A DNA stretch of 53,175 nt from NCBI GenBank assembly GCA_026026165.1, contig JAPEUD010000107.1:1-53175 (forward strand), in the 5' to 3' direction. The notes beneath the pieces are model-generated. The model was not told the DNA's origin and made no database searches. It saw only the letters and a program-made list of their open reading frames with translations. The translations under genes were made by a program, and so were the position numbers. The stretch comes from Sarea resinae (Eukaryota). Of this stretch, positions 1 through 10,492 are shown piece after piece (within the stretch, counting starts at the first letter, position 1; each line of letters starts with the position of its first letter).

Positions 1-2867
1 AACCGCTTGCGGCAGCCACAGCCTATCACTAGAACTCTTGTTTCTTCTCTCTCCTCTTGCTCCTCCTCTAGCAGCTGCTCCTCCTCTGCTTCCTGCTTGC
101 GCTTCGGCTTTCCCTTAAGCTCAGGCTTAGACTCGCTCTGCTGCGCTGCACTAGCCGGGCTGCTGCCACTATCAAGCTGTAGGAATGCGTGCTACACCTG
201 ACTCACTTAGCCAAACGCGTTAAGAGAGCACGCGCTGAGATTCTAGACGATATCCCTAGAAACGCTATATCGAATTTGCTTGATAGCAGTGGTGTGCCTG
301 GTCTGCAGCTCGAGTTCGTCCTCCTGCTCGAGCTGCGGCTCCTCTACATCCTTGGCCTTGTCCCTACAATGCAGCGCTCGCCTCTCGCCCGCGGCGAATT
401 CCTTGCCCACGAATTTCTGGCCGATTGTGATCGCCACATGTCGATAGTCCTGCGTGGTCAGCTGACATTTCAACCGCGTGGATGTCTCGTGGCTAAGGAC
501 CTAGGTCAGCCGCTCTGTCAGCCACGGCTGCCCTTTAGCTGTGCCCTAGATAAATTCATTGTTAAGCCTGCTCTCTAAGCCGACCGCAGTCTGCAGGTGG
601 CTGTAGAACGGCTGCATGTAGGCTAGGTAGACGACTATAAGCTGGCCGACTCGCTACAGCAGGAAGCGCAGCACCACCTTTAGGGTATTGTACTAGGCCT
701 AGCTCTTATAGTAGCAGGTCACTAGCACGACTAATCTATCCACTACATAGACATTGCAATCCTGCAGCAGGCTGTTGCGATAGCGCACTAACAACTCCTT
801 AGTGCCGCGGCTAGGCTAGCCCCTAGTCACATGGCAGCTGAAGAGTAGCAGCTTGAGAAAGGCCTGCACGCGCTAGTAGTAGTCCCTAACTAGGCCTGGT
901 TCCTAGCCAGTGCTGTCGCGCTGTTAGAGCGGTTTTTTGTCTTCCCTCCTTTCTTTCTTCTAGACTGTCTAGAAGTATCAAGCCGTGCAGGCGACGCGCG
1001 CCACTATCAAGGAGAGCCCCTGATCGAGCTAGTTCGCCGGATTGCTAAGGAAGGACTAATTCCGCTGCGTGAACGCTATGTCGTCCTTAATGCCGGCTAG
1101 GTCGACAGTGAAGCAGTCGCCTGGTTCGCGGCACCACATCAGCTCAGGCCAGAGGATGGCCTTGGCGGCCTCGATCGCCTGGTGCGCCATCTGCTAGAAG
1201 TGGGCGATCACAATTAGCTTGCTGCAGAAGCGCAGCGACTGAGCATCCTAGGCCCAGTTTGTCGTCGCTGTGCTTGGCTGCCGCCAGCCGATGTACTTAG
1301 CGTATGCAAGCAGGCTAATCATCGTGCTTATTAGGGTCAGCGAGCTGTCGGCTAGGAATATCTTGCGCTGCCCTAGGAAGCGCTTCTGCTTAGCCTGGCC
1401 CTGCCGCTCCCGCGCGGCCGCTAGCAGCAGCACCTCGACCCTGATCACCCGCATGCAGTAGACCACCCTAGCCAGCTAGTAGGAGTAGCTTGTCGCTGTG
1501 TGCAGCCGCTCAGTGAGGGGGTCAATGCTGAGCACAGCGAGGAAGTGGACCAGCGCGCTGTCAAAGGGGTCTACTAGTAGTGGGTCAAAGATAAGCGCCT
1601 GCGAGAAGGCCAGCACTTGGTCGACCTGCAGGGCCTTGTCGCTATCAAGCTCGAGCGACTCCCAGACAGCCTGCAAGCGCTCGTTCTGCTCCGCGGTCAG
1701 ATGCAGCAATTCGTCGGCATCCTTTAGCCGCGCGTCAGGTGCGTGGGCGGCGAAGGTGCGGTGGGCGAAGACACGCAGGCAATAGCAGATCAGACACGCC
1801 TAATAGTTAGCATAGCGCACCTGAGCCTCCGCGGTCTGCAGCCGACCTAATGGCTTTAGGTGCACCTTAGTGCGCTTCTCGCTGCGCAGCCAGCGGCAGA
1901 GCTCAAGCGGTAAGGTAGCTAGCCTGGCCACGCAGCGCTTGATCATTAGTCGGGTGACCTTAGCGGCCTGGCTAAGGATCTGGTCTAAATCCTGCCGCTG
2001 CCGCTGCCGCTGCGGCCGCCTAAGTCGCTGGTTAGAGAGCTCGCTAGCGTAGAGAAGGTGAGCTATATTCTGGCGGCGCAGGTGGGCCAGCCAGCTGGTG
2101 CGACTGAACCAGCCAGTGCGATTAGTCTTCTGCACCTCGCTCTTAGTCAAGGCCTGACTCTGCTTGTGCGCGGCCTGCTGAGCATCGAACTCGCGCTAGA
2201 TCTGACTAGCTAGGTCGTTAGAGGCTGCTTCGCCTAGCCAATTATTATTGTAGCTCCTCTCTGCGTGCTCCTTTTCCGCCAGCCGCACTAGAAAATATCG
2301 CTGCAGCCTGCCAGTGAAGAAGGTCTGCACTAGAACCAGCTGCCAATTTGGCGAGTCCTCTTCTTCTTCCTCCTCTTAATCGGCGGACTAGGCGTGCTGC
2401 TTATTGCTGTGCTTCTGCATGATCTGGCGATTCGCTGTGCTAAAACTACAGTCTTAACAGGTAAAGCCGTCAGTAGGTGCCCCTAGAGCGGGAAATGCAG
2501 GGCAATTCGGCGGTGGCAAAGGCACAGCATGCAGATCAAGTAGGCTGCAGCCTTGATACTACACTCTAAGCAGACGTCGCTCCTTAGCTAGCATTGTATG
2601 ACTGTCCTTTAAGTGGCAGTCTATATTTCGAAGGGCGTAGCCATGTTGACAGCAGATTAGGACCTGATAGTTTGGCTTATAGTAGAATAATAACGATTGC
2701 GATCCTAATCTTAATCTTGATCCTAATCTCTCTTGCTGCTCCTCTTGCTCCTCTTGCTCCTCTTGCTGCTCTTGTTGCTCTTATTCTTGCGCCGCCTGCT
2801 GCGGCTGCTGCTGCCGGTTATCAAGGGCGGCGGCGGCGCCGCTGCAGGCGAAGTGCGTAGTTAGCAT
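1..2867 (-). pseudogene. RIP-inactivated DUF3505-domain protein with tyrosine-recombinase-like C-terminal region
   Basis: One frame from ATG 2867, interrupted by RIP stops, reads VLICCQHGYALRNIDCHLKDSH...PLPPP...GFTC*DC...HSNKQH...WQLVLVQTFFTGRLQRYFLV (DUF3505-like). It continues RWLRS..PLGRLQ..Q.RY, HFLAVLSID, ISLLAYAK, HVTRG*PSRGTKE, YYKS*, QDYRHVAI, LQTRH..RY. Confidence 0.8.
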
Positions 2868-3332
2868 GCCTTGGCTCACTGTAATAACCTCTCGACCCTC
2901 CTTCTTTAACCCTAAGTGACGCTTAAACTCTCCTAGTGGATTTCGCCGGCCAGGCTAGCCAAATAGCTAGCAGGCTAGGCAGGCGCAGTGTATATATATA
3001 GAGAGAGCTTTTTCTTCTAGACTGTCTAGAAGTTTTTTAAAATCTTTAAACGGCGGCTAGTAGATCAGATGCAAGCAAGCCTTCTCCTTTCCTTTAAGCG
3101 CTGCGCAGGCGCCAGAGGCGAAGTGCGCTGTTAGTCTGCCTTGGCTAGCTGCAATCACCTCTTAATACCTCGAACCCTAAGTAACCCTAAGGGACAGGGC
3201 AACCCTAAGGGTGGGAAATCGACGCTGGCGGGCCAGCGATTGAACGAACAGAGGGCGGGCGCGCAGGCAAGGATCAAGGCAGCTATCAAGGTGGTTGGGT
3301 CAGTGGGCAGAGGGCGTTTTTCAACGGGCGCG

Positions 3333-3450
3333 AAAACACTGTCGAGAAAACACCGTCGATTCTCGCTTATTCTCGCTTAGGCTCGGTTCGATGCCTTAAA
3401 GAGGCGAAGATCGGCGAAAATCGGCGAGAAGACAGTGTCTTTAGCCAGTG
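3333..3450. repeat. Subterminal direct/inverted repeat cluster at element end
   Basis: AAAACAC(T/C)GTCGA x2 (3333, 3347). TTCTCGCTTA x2 (3360-3379) faces GGCGA(A/G)(G/A)A x3 at 10-bp period (3403-3430). ACACTGTC (3336) is inverted to GACAGTGT (3431). Ends CAGTG at 3446-3450. Confidence 0.75.
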
Positions 3451-3459
3451 CAATGCGGT

Positions 3460-4370
3460 TAGGCCTAAAGCACATCTAGAAAAATTAAGTATAGGATAGA
3501 AGAAGAGATAGAAAAACTCACTTTTAAAGAACCTAACTATAAAAGCCTTAGTGGCTTCTTATAAGGCATATATAGCTGATAACTAAAAATAGAGCTCTTT
3601 AAAGAGGTAGTAGTGATAAGATATAACCTTGTAGACTAGGCGCTAGAAAGAGAGCTTTAGAATGACTAAATTAACAGATTTTTACAATCTCTTAATTTTA
3701 TAGAGTGCAGATGCTGTAGTGTTTAAATATTACTATAATGTGTTACCTTTAGAGTTTAGAGACTAAGACTTACTACCTAGACAAGTGCAACAGAGTTAGA
3801 TTAGTTTAGGCACACTATAAACCTTACTACAACTATAAAAGGCAGTATCCTTATAAACCTATGCTTTTATAGCATCTTTATAGGCCTTTTAGCGTTTAGT
3901 ATATATGCTAGTAGTGAAGCGTTGTCTAGTAGCAAGACAACCTTTGTGTGCTGCTATGCTAGCTAAGTTCTTATATAGGGATTTACTACTAGTAATATAA
4001 TAAGCCTTAGTAGCAGACATTCCTTTGCCTTTTCCTTTTCCTTTCCTACTAGTACTAGAGACAGTCTTATAGGCGGTACGCTTAGTACAAGCTATTATCT
4101 AGTAAAATGTTACTATTAAGTGTTACTAGTAGAGGTAGGAAAGAATAACTTACTATATTAGTGACTATAAATATGTTAAGAGAGTAAGAGTGTAGTGTAA
4201 AGAGTGCTAAAGGAGAATCTTTAGTTAGTATTAAAGAAAGAATCTAGAGAGTTGTCTATAGTTAGGAATAATTAGCTAAGTGCCTTTATAGTCTTAAATA
4301 TTACCTAAATGTGTTACTATTAAGTAGTAGTTCTAAAACTCACTTTAACCTTAAAACTTAAAGAGCACTA
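3460..4370 (-). pseudogene. RIPed intron-containing gene of unknown function (putative hAT cargo)
   Basis: Minus-strand GT..AG intron-like segments (e.g. gtaagttattc...ttttactag near 4099-4153) and a readable peptide RTAYKTVSSTSRKGKGKGKG. No family recognised. Confidence 0.3.
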
Positions 4371-4376
4371 AGAGAG

Positions 4377-4832
4377 AAATCTTAATAATACTAATAACAG
4401 AAGTGATAAAGTTTATTAAGTCTTATTAGTTTAATAATAGAAGTGATAAAGTTAATAAGAGAGAGTAATCCTCTTGCTATAGGAGAAGGTTACTAATAAT
4501 ATAGGTAGTAAGGTTAAATTAAGTAGTAGACCTATATAATATTAAGGTAAACATTTACTATAAGGTATATACCTTAGTTAGTGTTATTAGCTAGTTAATA
4601 AGGTACATACCTTGTAGTAAATGTTATTAACTGTTTAATAAGGCATGTACCTTACAGTAAATGTTATTAACTGTTTAATAAGGTATGTACCTTCTGCCTA
4701 AATCTTGTGTGCCTAAATCTACTATATAATTCAACCTTACTACCTATATCATTAGTAACCTTCTTCTATAGCAAGAGAGTTGCTCTTTCTCTCTAATTTT
4801 ATTACTTCTGTTATTAACATTATTAAGATTTT
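4377..4832. repeat. Inverted-repeat arms enclosing a 40-bp tandem array of 14-bp palindromes
   Basis: Arm ~4377-4530 is reverse-complementary to ~4718-4832 (e.g. CTCTTGCTATAG.AGAAGGTTACTAAT.ATATAGGTAGTAAGGTT.AATT). The 40-bp units start at 4595, 4635 and 4675, with a shorter degenerate unit at 4561; each has an AAGGTATATACCTT-like palindrome. Confidence 0.85.
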
Positions 4833-4879
4833 ATCAATTTTATTAATCCTATTAACTCTCTAACTGTTTAGGCAGTAGA

Positions 4880-6860
4880 AAGTAATAAGATAGCTAGCTA
4901 ATTACTCTCTAAATCACTTATATCTTCTATAAGCTCCTCTTAAAATAAGGCAGCTATAGAGAAAACTGTTATTATAAAGAAGAGGTGAGTTCTAGACTTC
5001 TAAGTGAGATAAAAGTGAGGTAAAACTTACTTCTTCTTAGAAATCATAGCCTACTAGCAGCTTAGAGCTAAGGGTAACACATTAAGGTAATAATAGTACT
5101 ACAAAAGGCTTATATTAGTTTAGGAAACAGTAAAAGCTTAAGAAAGCTAAATCTAGCACAACTGCGCTAAGTCTAGATATAGAAGAATATAAAGACAATA
5201 ACTAACTGCTTATAGATCTTAAGGATAGGGTTATAAACAATTCCTTGTATAGTAGCAGCAGTTAGAAAGGAAGTAGTAATAAGAAGACAGATAGTAAGGC
5301 TAAGTAACGCATTTAAGTAATATATTCTGTAGATATCTGCTAATAGTGCTACTCTAGTAATAACAGCAGCGATAAAGTTAAGATAGTCTCTGTTATTAAG
5401 AAGATAAAAGCAAATTTCTTAGATAAGGTTAGAAAAGCAAAGTTTTTAGACAAAGTAAGAAAGGCTTATAAGAAGTAGAAGCAGTAATATATCCTAGTAA
5501 CACTTCTAAACACAAAGCTAATAAAGTAATAGGACTATATCTAAGAGATAGAAGCAGAAGGAGATTAACCTTAATAATAAGCTAGAGAGCTTAGACTCTT
5601 TTACTCCTAGGAAGAGACGTCTAAGGTAACACATTTAGGTAACATTATTTGCTAGTAACTAATATTAGTGCAACTTGTAGTGCAACCTCTATAACTTTCT
5701 CTCACTCTAAAGGAATATTTAACCTAGAGATAGCTAGCCTAGTTAAACGTGTAAAAGCCTGTCTATAAAGACGTTATACTAGTAAGATAAGGCCTAGGAT
5801 AATTCCTTACAACAAATAACAATAGATTGCTAGAGCGCAGCTTAAAGAAGCAAAGTCTAAAGCATTAGAGTTAGAGCTAGATAGCAAACTCAGCGATACT
5901 AAGTTTAAGAAGACACTGAAAAAAGCAGATAGAGCAAATAGGAAAGCAAAATCCACTCTAAGAGGCAAACTCTGTTATAAGAATAGTTACACTAGTATAA
6001 TAACAGCAAAACAATAAGACTTTAAAGAGACTGTTATAGACTCTAAAATAGACAAACTAATAGAACAACGCTTTTTTCTCTACTAGTCTGCTAAGTAGGT
6101 TACTATATAGTAGTAAAAGGCTATTAAGGTAAAGAAAGCAAAGGCTAAGGACAATAAGCAGATAGTTAAGGATGTTGTTAATATCTTACTACTTAAAGAT
6201 AATAGAGATAGCTAACCTAATAGTAGTGCTAATCTTAAGGTAACACTTTTAGGTAATATTTCTTTGCAGCATCTATCTAACTAGCTTAGCAGAGAGAAAA
6301 TCTAGATAAGCCTAACTTGTTATTTAGAGCATAGAGTAAACGCATTAGAAGTCGCTTGCTAAAAGTAGTTCGCTGCTATAAGAGAGACATCTACTGCTAT
6401 AGCTATAATAACCTAGTAGAAGCTAGTGATCTTAATCTAAAGGAAGCGATGTTAGAGTTTGTAGAGCAGGTTAAGGACTATACAACTCTCTCTAATAGTG
6501 ACACAAAGGCTAGGACTAATTTTACTAGGTTTAGCAATTTAGAAGCAGAAGTATTTCTATTATCTAATAAGGATATTGACCTAATATTAAGTGATAAGAA
6601 GGACTTTATACTGCTGACTATAGGAGAGAAAACTTAGCTAGAGGATATTCCTAAAAGAGAGGATATTTGTAAAGGACTTAAAGAAGAGGAATCTGCTATA
6701 ACTAGGTCTGCTATAGAGGAGCCTCTGCTAGCAACAGCTAAGAATGTTCCTATTAATACAGAGGAGAGTAAGGATAACTCTACTAATAATGCTAAAGGAG
6801 AGGACTCTAGTTCTAGTGCTACTAGAGATAGCAATAAGTAGAGAGGCAGTTATAGCTAAG
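4880..6860 (+). pseudogene. RIPed multi-intron gene of unknown function (putative hAT cargo)
   Basis: Several short GT..CTAAY..AG intron-like segments (e.g. 5626-5669, 6240-6283). Long charged reading-frame remnants include ORF 6356-6637. Confidence 0.35.
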
Positions 6861-6979
6861 TAGCTTTTCTTTATTAGTCTGTGTCTACCTAGGGGTGGAT
6901 TTTCACTTTTTCTCTAGAATTTAGTTTACTAAAAAGGTAACACTTACTAGTAACATTGTGTACATTAATCACGTTAGGA

Positions 6980-9900
6980 ATGCATATTCTCTTAATTAAA
7001 TTTTAGCTGTATAAACTCTCTCCTAATAACTCTAGTAGATAGCTGTATTGTATTACTCTCTTTATAGTCTCCTTGCTATGTTTGTTTAGTTATGCTAAAC
7101 CTAGCAACCTTTAATGTTAATATTTAAGCAAATACTTCTCTAGTTAAGGGCACTTCCTACCTCTTTACTTTGCTGTACATTCTAAGGCCTTCTGCACTTT
7201 CTTATCGCTGTAAATTTCTCCTTTACAATGTCTAATTCGTTTAAAACATTAGACTATAAAGAACTTAGAGATAATACACAAAGGTCTATAGCTATTAAGT
7301 CTAAACCTACAACTATTACTTTAGCTTTAATTCACTATGTTCTAGAGGTGTTACAAAGGGATCCTACATAGCGAATAGTTATCTAGCAACAATTATATCA
7401 TAATACTTTTATCTTCTAGTAGTAGCAGACTGCTTATACAGATATAGGTTAATATAGAAGCCCTTAATAGGATTCTAAGACGTAGAAAAGCATAACCTAG
7501 TCTCTTTTCTACTAAGTTGCTAATGTTGCAACTAGCTGCCTAAGAGTAATATGTTAACAATATAGATATTAGTAAGAGCATCCTAGTCTTAAGAGGACAA
7601 GCACTTCTGCAATAAAACAGCACTATAGCTCTCTAGAGTGTGCTTAGTCTCTTATAGCAGGTATAATACGCACACTTAAGGCTCTTTAGACTATAGTAAG
7701 ATATCGCTATATATAATAGATCTCTTAACTAATACCTCTATCCTTAATGCTAGCAATATGCTTTAGCACTAAAGACTCTCTAAACCTTAGAGCTATTCTC
7801 TTAGTTAAGCTAGTAACGCCTTCTCCTTAAGATAATTCTATTAGCAAATCTTCTATAGCAGATTATAGAAAACTACTAGTTTAAACAATGCTTCCTCCTT
7901 TACTAGCTAGGCCTTTGAATTCTAAGGCGACAATAGGTTTATAATAACATTTATAATTAATATATAGAGATCTTACTAAGGATCCTATAAAGACTAGGCC
8001 TAGAAACTAAAATTTCTATTGCATTAGATATATAGCAGAGTCTAAATAAGATATCCTTTCTTTCTATAATAGGGTATTTTATTAACAAAGACTAGAATTA
8101 CTAGGAAGTCCTCTTAGAGTTTAAAAAGATAACTAAAGAGCACTCTAGTTGCAACATAGCTATATTACTACTTAATTAACTTTAGTGTTTTAACATTTAG
8201 GTTTGTCTTTAATGTTTATAGTAACGCTTTTAGGTAACATTACATTGTAGGATTATATACTAGCTGTGACAACAGATAACACAGGCAATAACAACACAAT
8301 GCATTAAGAGCTAATAAGTCTACTTGCTAATCACTATTAGATTGTATAGGATTATAAGGTTGCTTGTATGCCTTACCTTACGCATGTTATTTAGCTTGTA
8401 GTTATAGCTTTTAATAAGTGCCTAAAAATTACTGCTTTAAACAAGTCTATATAAGATACCTAGTTAGATACAGACTAAGAGCTGCTTTAGCAGCTTCTTT
8501 CTAAAGACTCTTTTAGCAGCACGTTACAAAAGGTAAGTGCTAATAACCCTTGTCTATTACTACCTCTAAAGTTTCTAGATTTATACACTTACTATCTATA
8601 TTACTGCTTTATTACAGCAAACTACACGCTTTTGTAATCTGCAGCTAACACTAGTTAATATAATCTAAGATGTTAAAACTTAATAGAACTCAACATATAA
8701 TATGCTGAAGCAGGCCTAGCAGCTGCGAGATACTCTTTAGATGTTTCTTATTAGTAAAACTAGTCTTACTATATGTAGAACTTATGTCTCTCCTACTAGT
8801 TAGGACTATATTTGCTATCTAATTGTCTTACTAAAGCTATTTAATAATTAGACAAGAGCTGTGTCTTAGACTAAAGGCGTAACTATCTATAAGACCTAGT
8901 TTATATACTCTTAGATTTTTAAGCACTTAGAGAAGTATCTAAACAAGATGCAGCCTAAGCAGACACTCTAGAAACAAGAGCTTACTTCTGCTATAGAAGT
9001 AGCAAAGACTAAGCTCTCTAAGTACTACTAAGATACTAAAGGAGTATAAAGGAGAATGTTTAATTTAGCATGTATCTTTAATCCCTTAACAAGGCTTAAT
9101 CTATATAAAGTATATTACCTAAATCTATTACCTTTACCTTATCCTCTAGGAATGTTTTGCTAATAGCTAAGAAGTCTAATAACTAGGGCTATAAATATTT
9201 GCGAAAGTACTAGCGCAAATTTAAGGACTATTATTAGTTGCATTATATAAGAACTAAAGTTGCCTCTTTAGATGTTGCTACACTCCTTATATTAGCATTA
9301 GATGTTAATTCACTTGCATAGGCTAAGACGCTTTAGAAACAACATTGCTTTATTACAGATCTAGTTAGTTAGTATCTATCTTTGCTAGCTACAGATTATA
9401 AGGATCCTTTGCAGGTAACACTTTTAAGTAATATTTCTATATGCAGGTGCTGATATTCTACTAGTTCTAGCGATCACACTACTAGCCCTTGCTTAAACAA
9501 ATAGCAAAAGACATTCTTACTATACCTAGAGCTGCTATTAGTATTAAACAGACTTTTAATAAGGTATAAGACCTTATTACCTTTTGTTAAAGTCGCCTTT
9601 TAGCAGAAACAGTTTAGAACACTATAGTTGTAAAGCACTTTAATTGCAATAAACTCTGCTTCTATATAGGTAAAGATAAATCTAACAGTATTTCTAAGGA
9701 CACTAATTATTAACACACGCTATTAGCTGAATTTAATGATTATTTACTTGTTATTAGTAATAATAATAAGCTAACCTTTATTAATAGTAGGCCTGCAATA
9801 TAGGATAACATAGACCTGTATAGGTTTTCTAGTAATAAGCACTCTTTACTACTTCTACCTCTACCTATAGTGCAGCTAGATAAACCTGCTTTTTAGCAGC
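6980..9900 (+). pseudogene. RIP-inactivated hAT (Ac/Restless/Tfo1-like) transposase
   Basis: Relic motifs occur in the expected order: KISIALDI*QS...GYFINKD*NY*EVLL (~8010-8120; DxWT), LAVTTDNTGNN (~8260), PYLTHVI*LVV (~8370; CxxH), I*DVKT**NSTYNML (~8660; TRWNST), IAKDILTIPRAAISIKQTFN (~9500-9560; C-terminal dimerisation). Ends approximate. Confidence 0.88.
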
Positions 9901-10394
9901 AGTCTTTACTTTAACGCTCTAAGTATAACAACGCTTAATCTATATTGTCTTAAAGAAAGCGCCTGCGTTTAACTATAGATAATTTATTTATTAGGTTAAA
10001 GGTATAGAGGCTCTCTTCTAGAACTAGTCTATTTCCTTCTTAATTATGTGAATAGTTACACTTATAGTAGTTTGCTTTGTATATACTACAGCATATATTT
10101 ATCTCTATTAGAGTAGAATTAGTTCTAGTAAAACATGCTATATTATAAAGGTTTAAAGAATGATTTAGTGGTTTTTATATAGTGTAGATTATGTAGGACA
10201 CTATAAACTAAATATATAGAGTGTATTATTATACTATTATTCTTATTCTACAGTTCCTATAGTTTTATTGTATTTACCCTCTAGATATTACCTCTATATA
10301 TTACTTTTTAATAATCTTATCTTATTAATCTACTCCTTATCTTATTAATTAACCTGTATATACCTAATAGGTAGGCTGTAGGCTCTACAGCTAA

Positions 10395-10492
10395 TTAAGC
10401 CTGCCTAAACCTAACCTGATTATGTAATCAGGCGGGCTAACCTGCCTAAACCTTAATTTAGGCTAAGTACCTAAACCTAAGTAGATAGCCTA
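10395..10492 (+). repeat. Putative right terminus (TIR + subterminal repeats) of the hAT element
   Basis: Repeated CCTGCCTAAACC/CCTAAACCTAA (RIPed CCCG..CCCGA-like units). The end ...GTAGATAGCCTA reads TAGGCTATCTAC on the minus strand, resembling TAGG(G)-starting hAT TIRs. Confidence 0.55.

Larger units (their letters stand above)
1..3450 (-). mobile_element. Putative mobile element carrying a DUF3505 (OrsD-like)/tyrosine-recombinase-like gene of the family usually annotated as RecQ/telomere-linked helicase; continues beyond window start
   Basis: GC-richer, moderately RIPed block (so repetitive) with a sharp composition change at ~3450. It has a repeat-rich structured end at 3333-3450 and one long decayed reading frame. 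Confidence 0.62.
3451..10492 (+). mobile_element. Large RIPed hAT-superfamily DNA transposon with probable extra genes; left end not visible
   Basis: Contains a hAT transposase relic and a right terminus with subterminal repeats. A shared 21-bp motif is dispersed across 3726-9435, tying the span together. Confidence 0.6.

Noticed and set aside
4561..4700. CRISPR-like array
   Set aside because: Eukaryotic context, and the inter-palindrome segments are near-identical rather than unique spacers; it is a tandem repeat.
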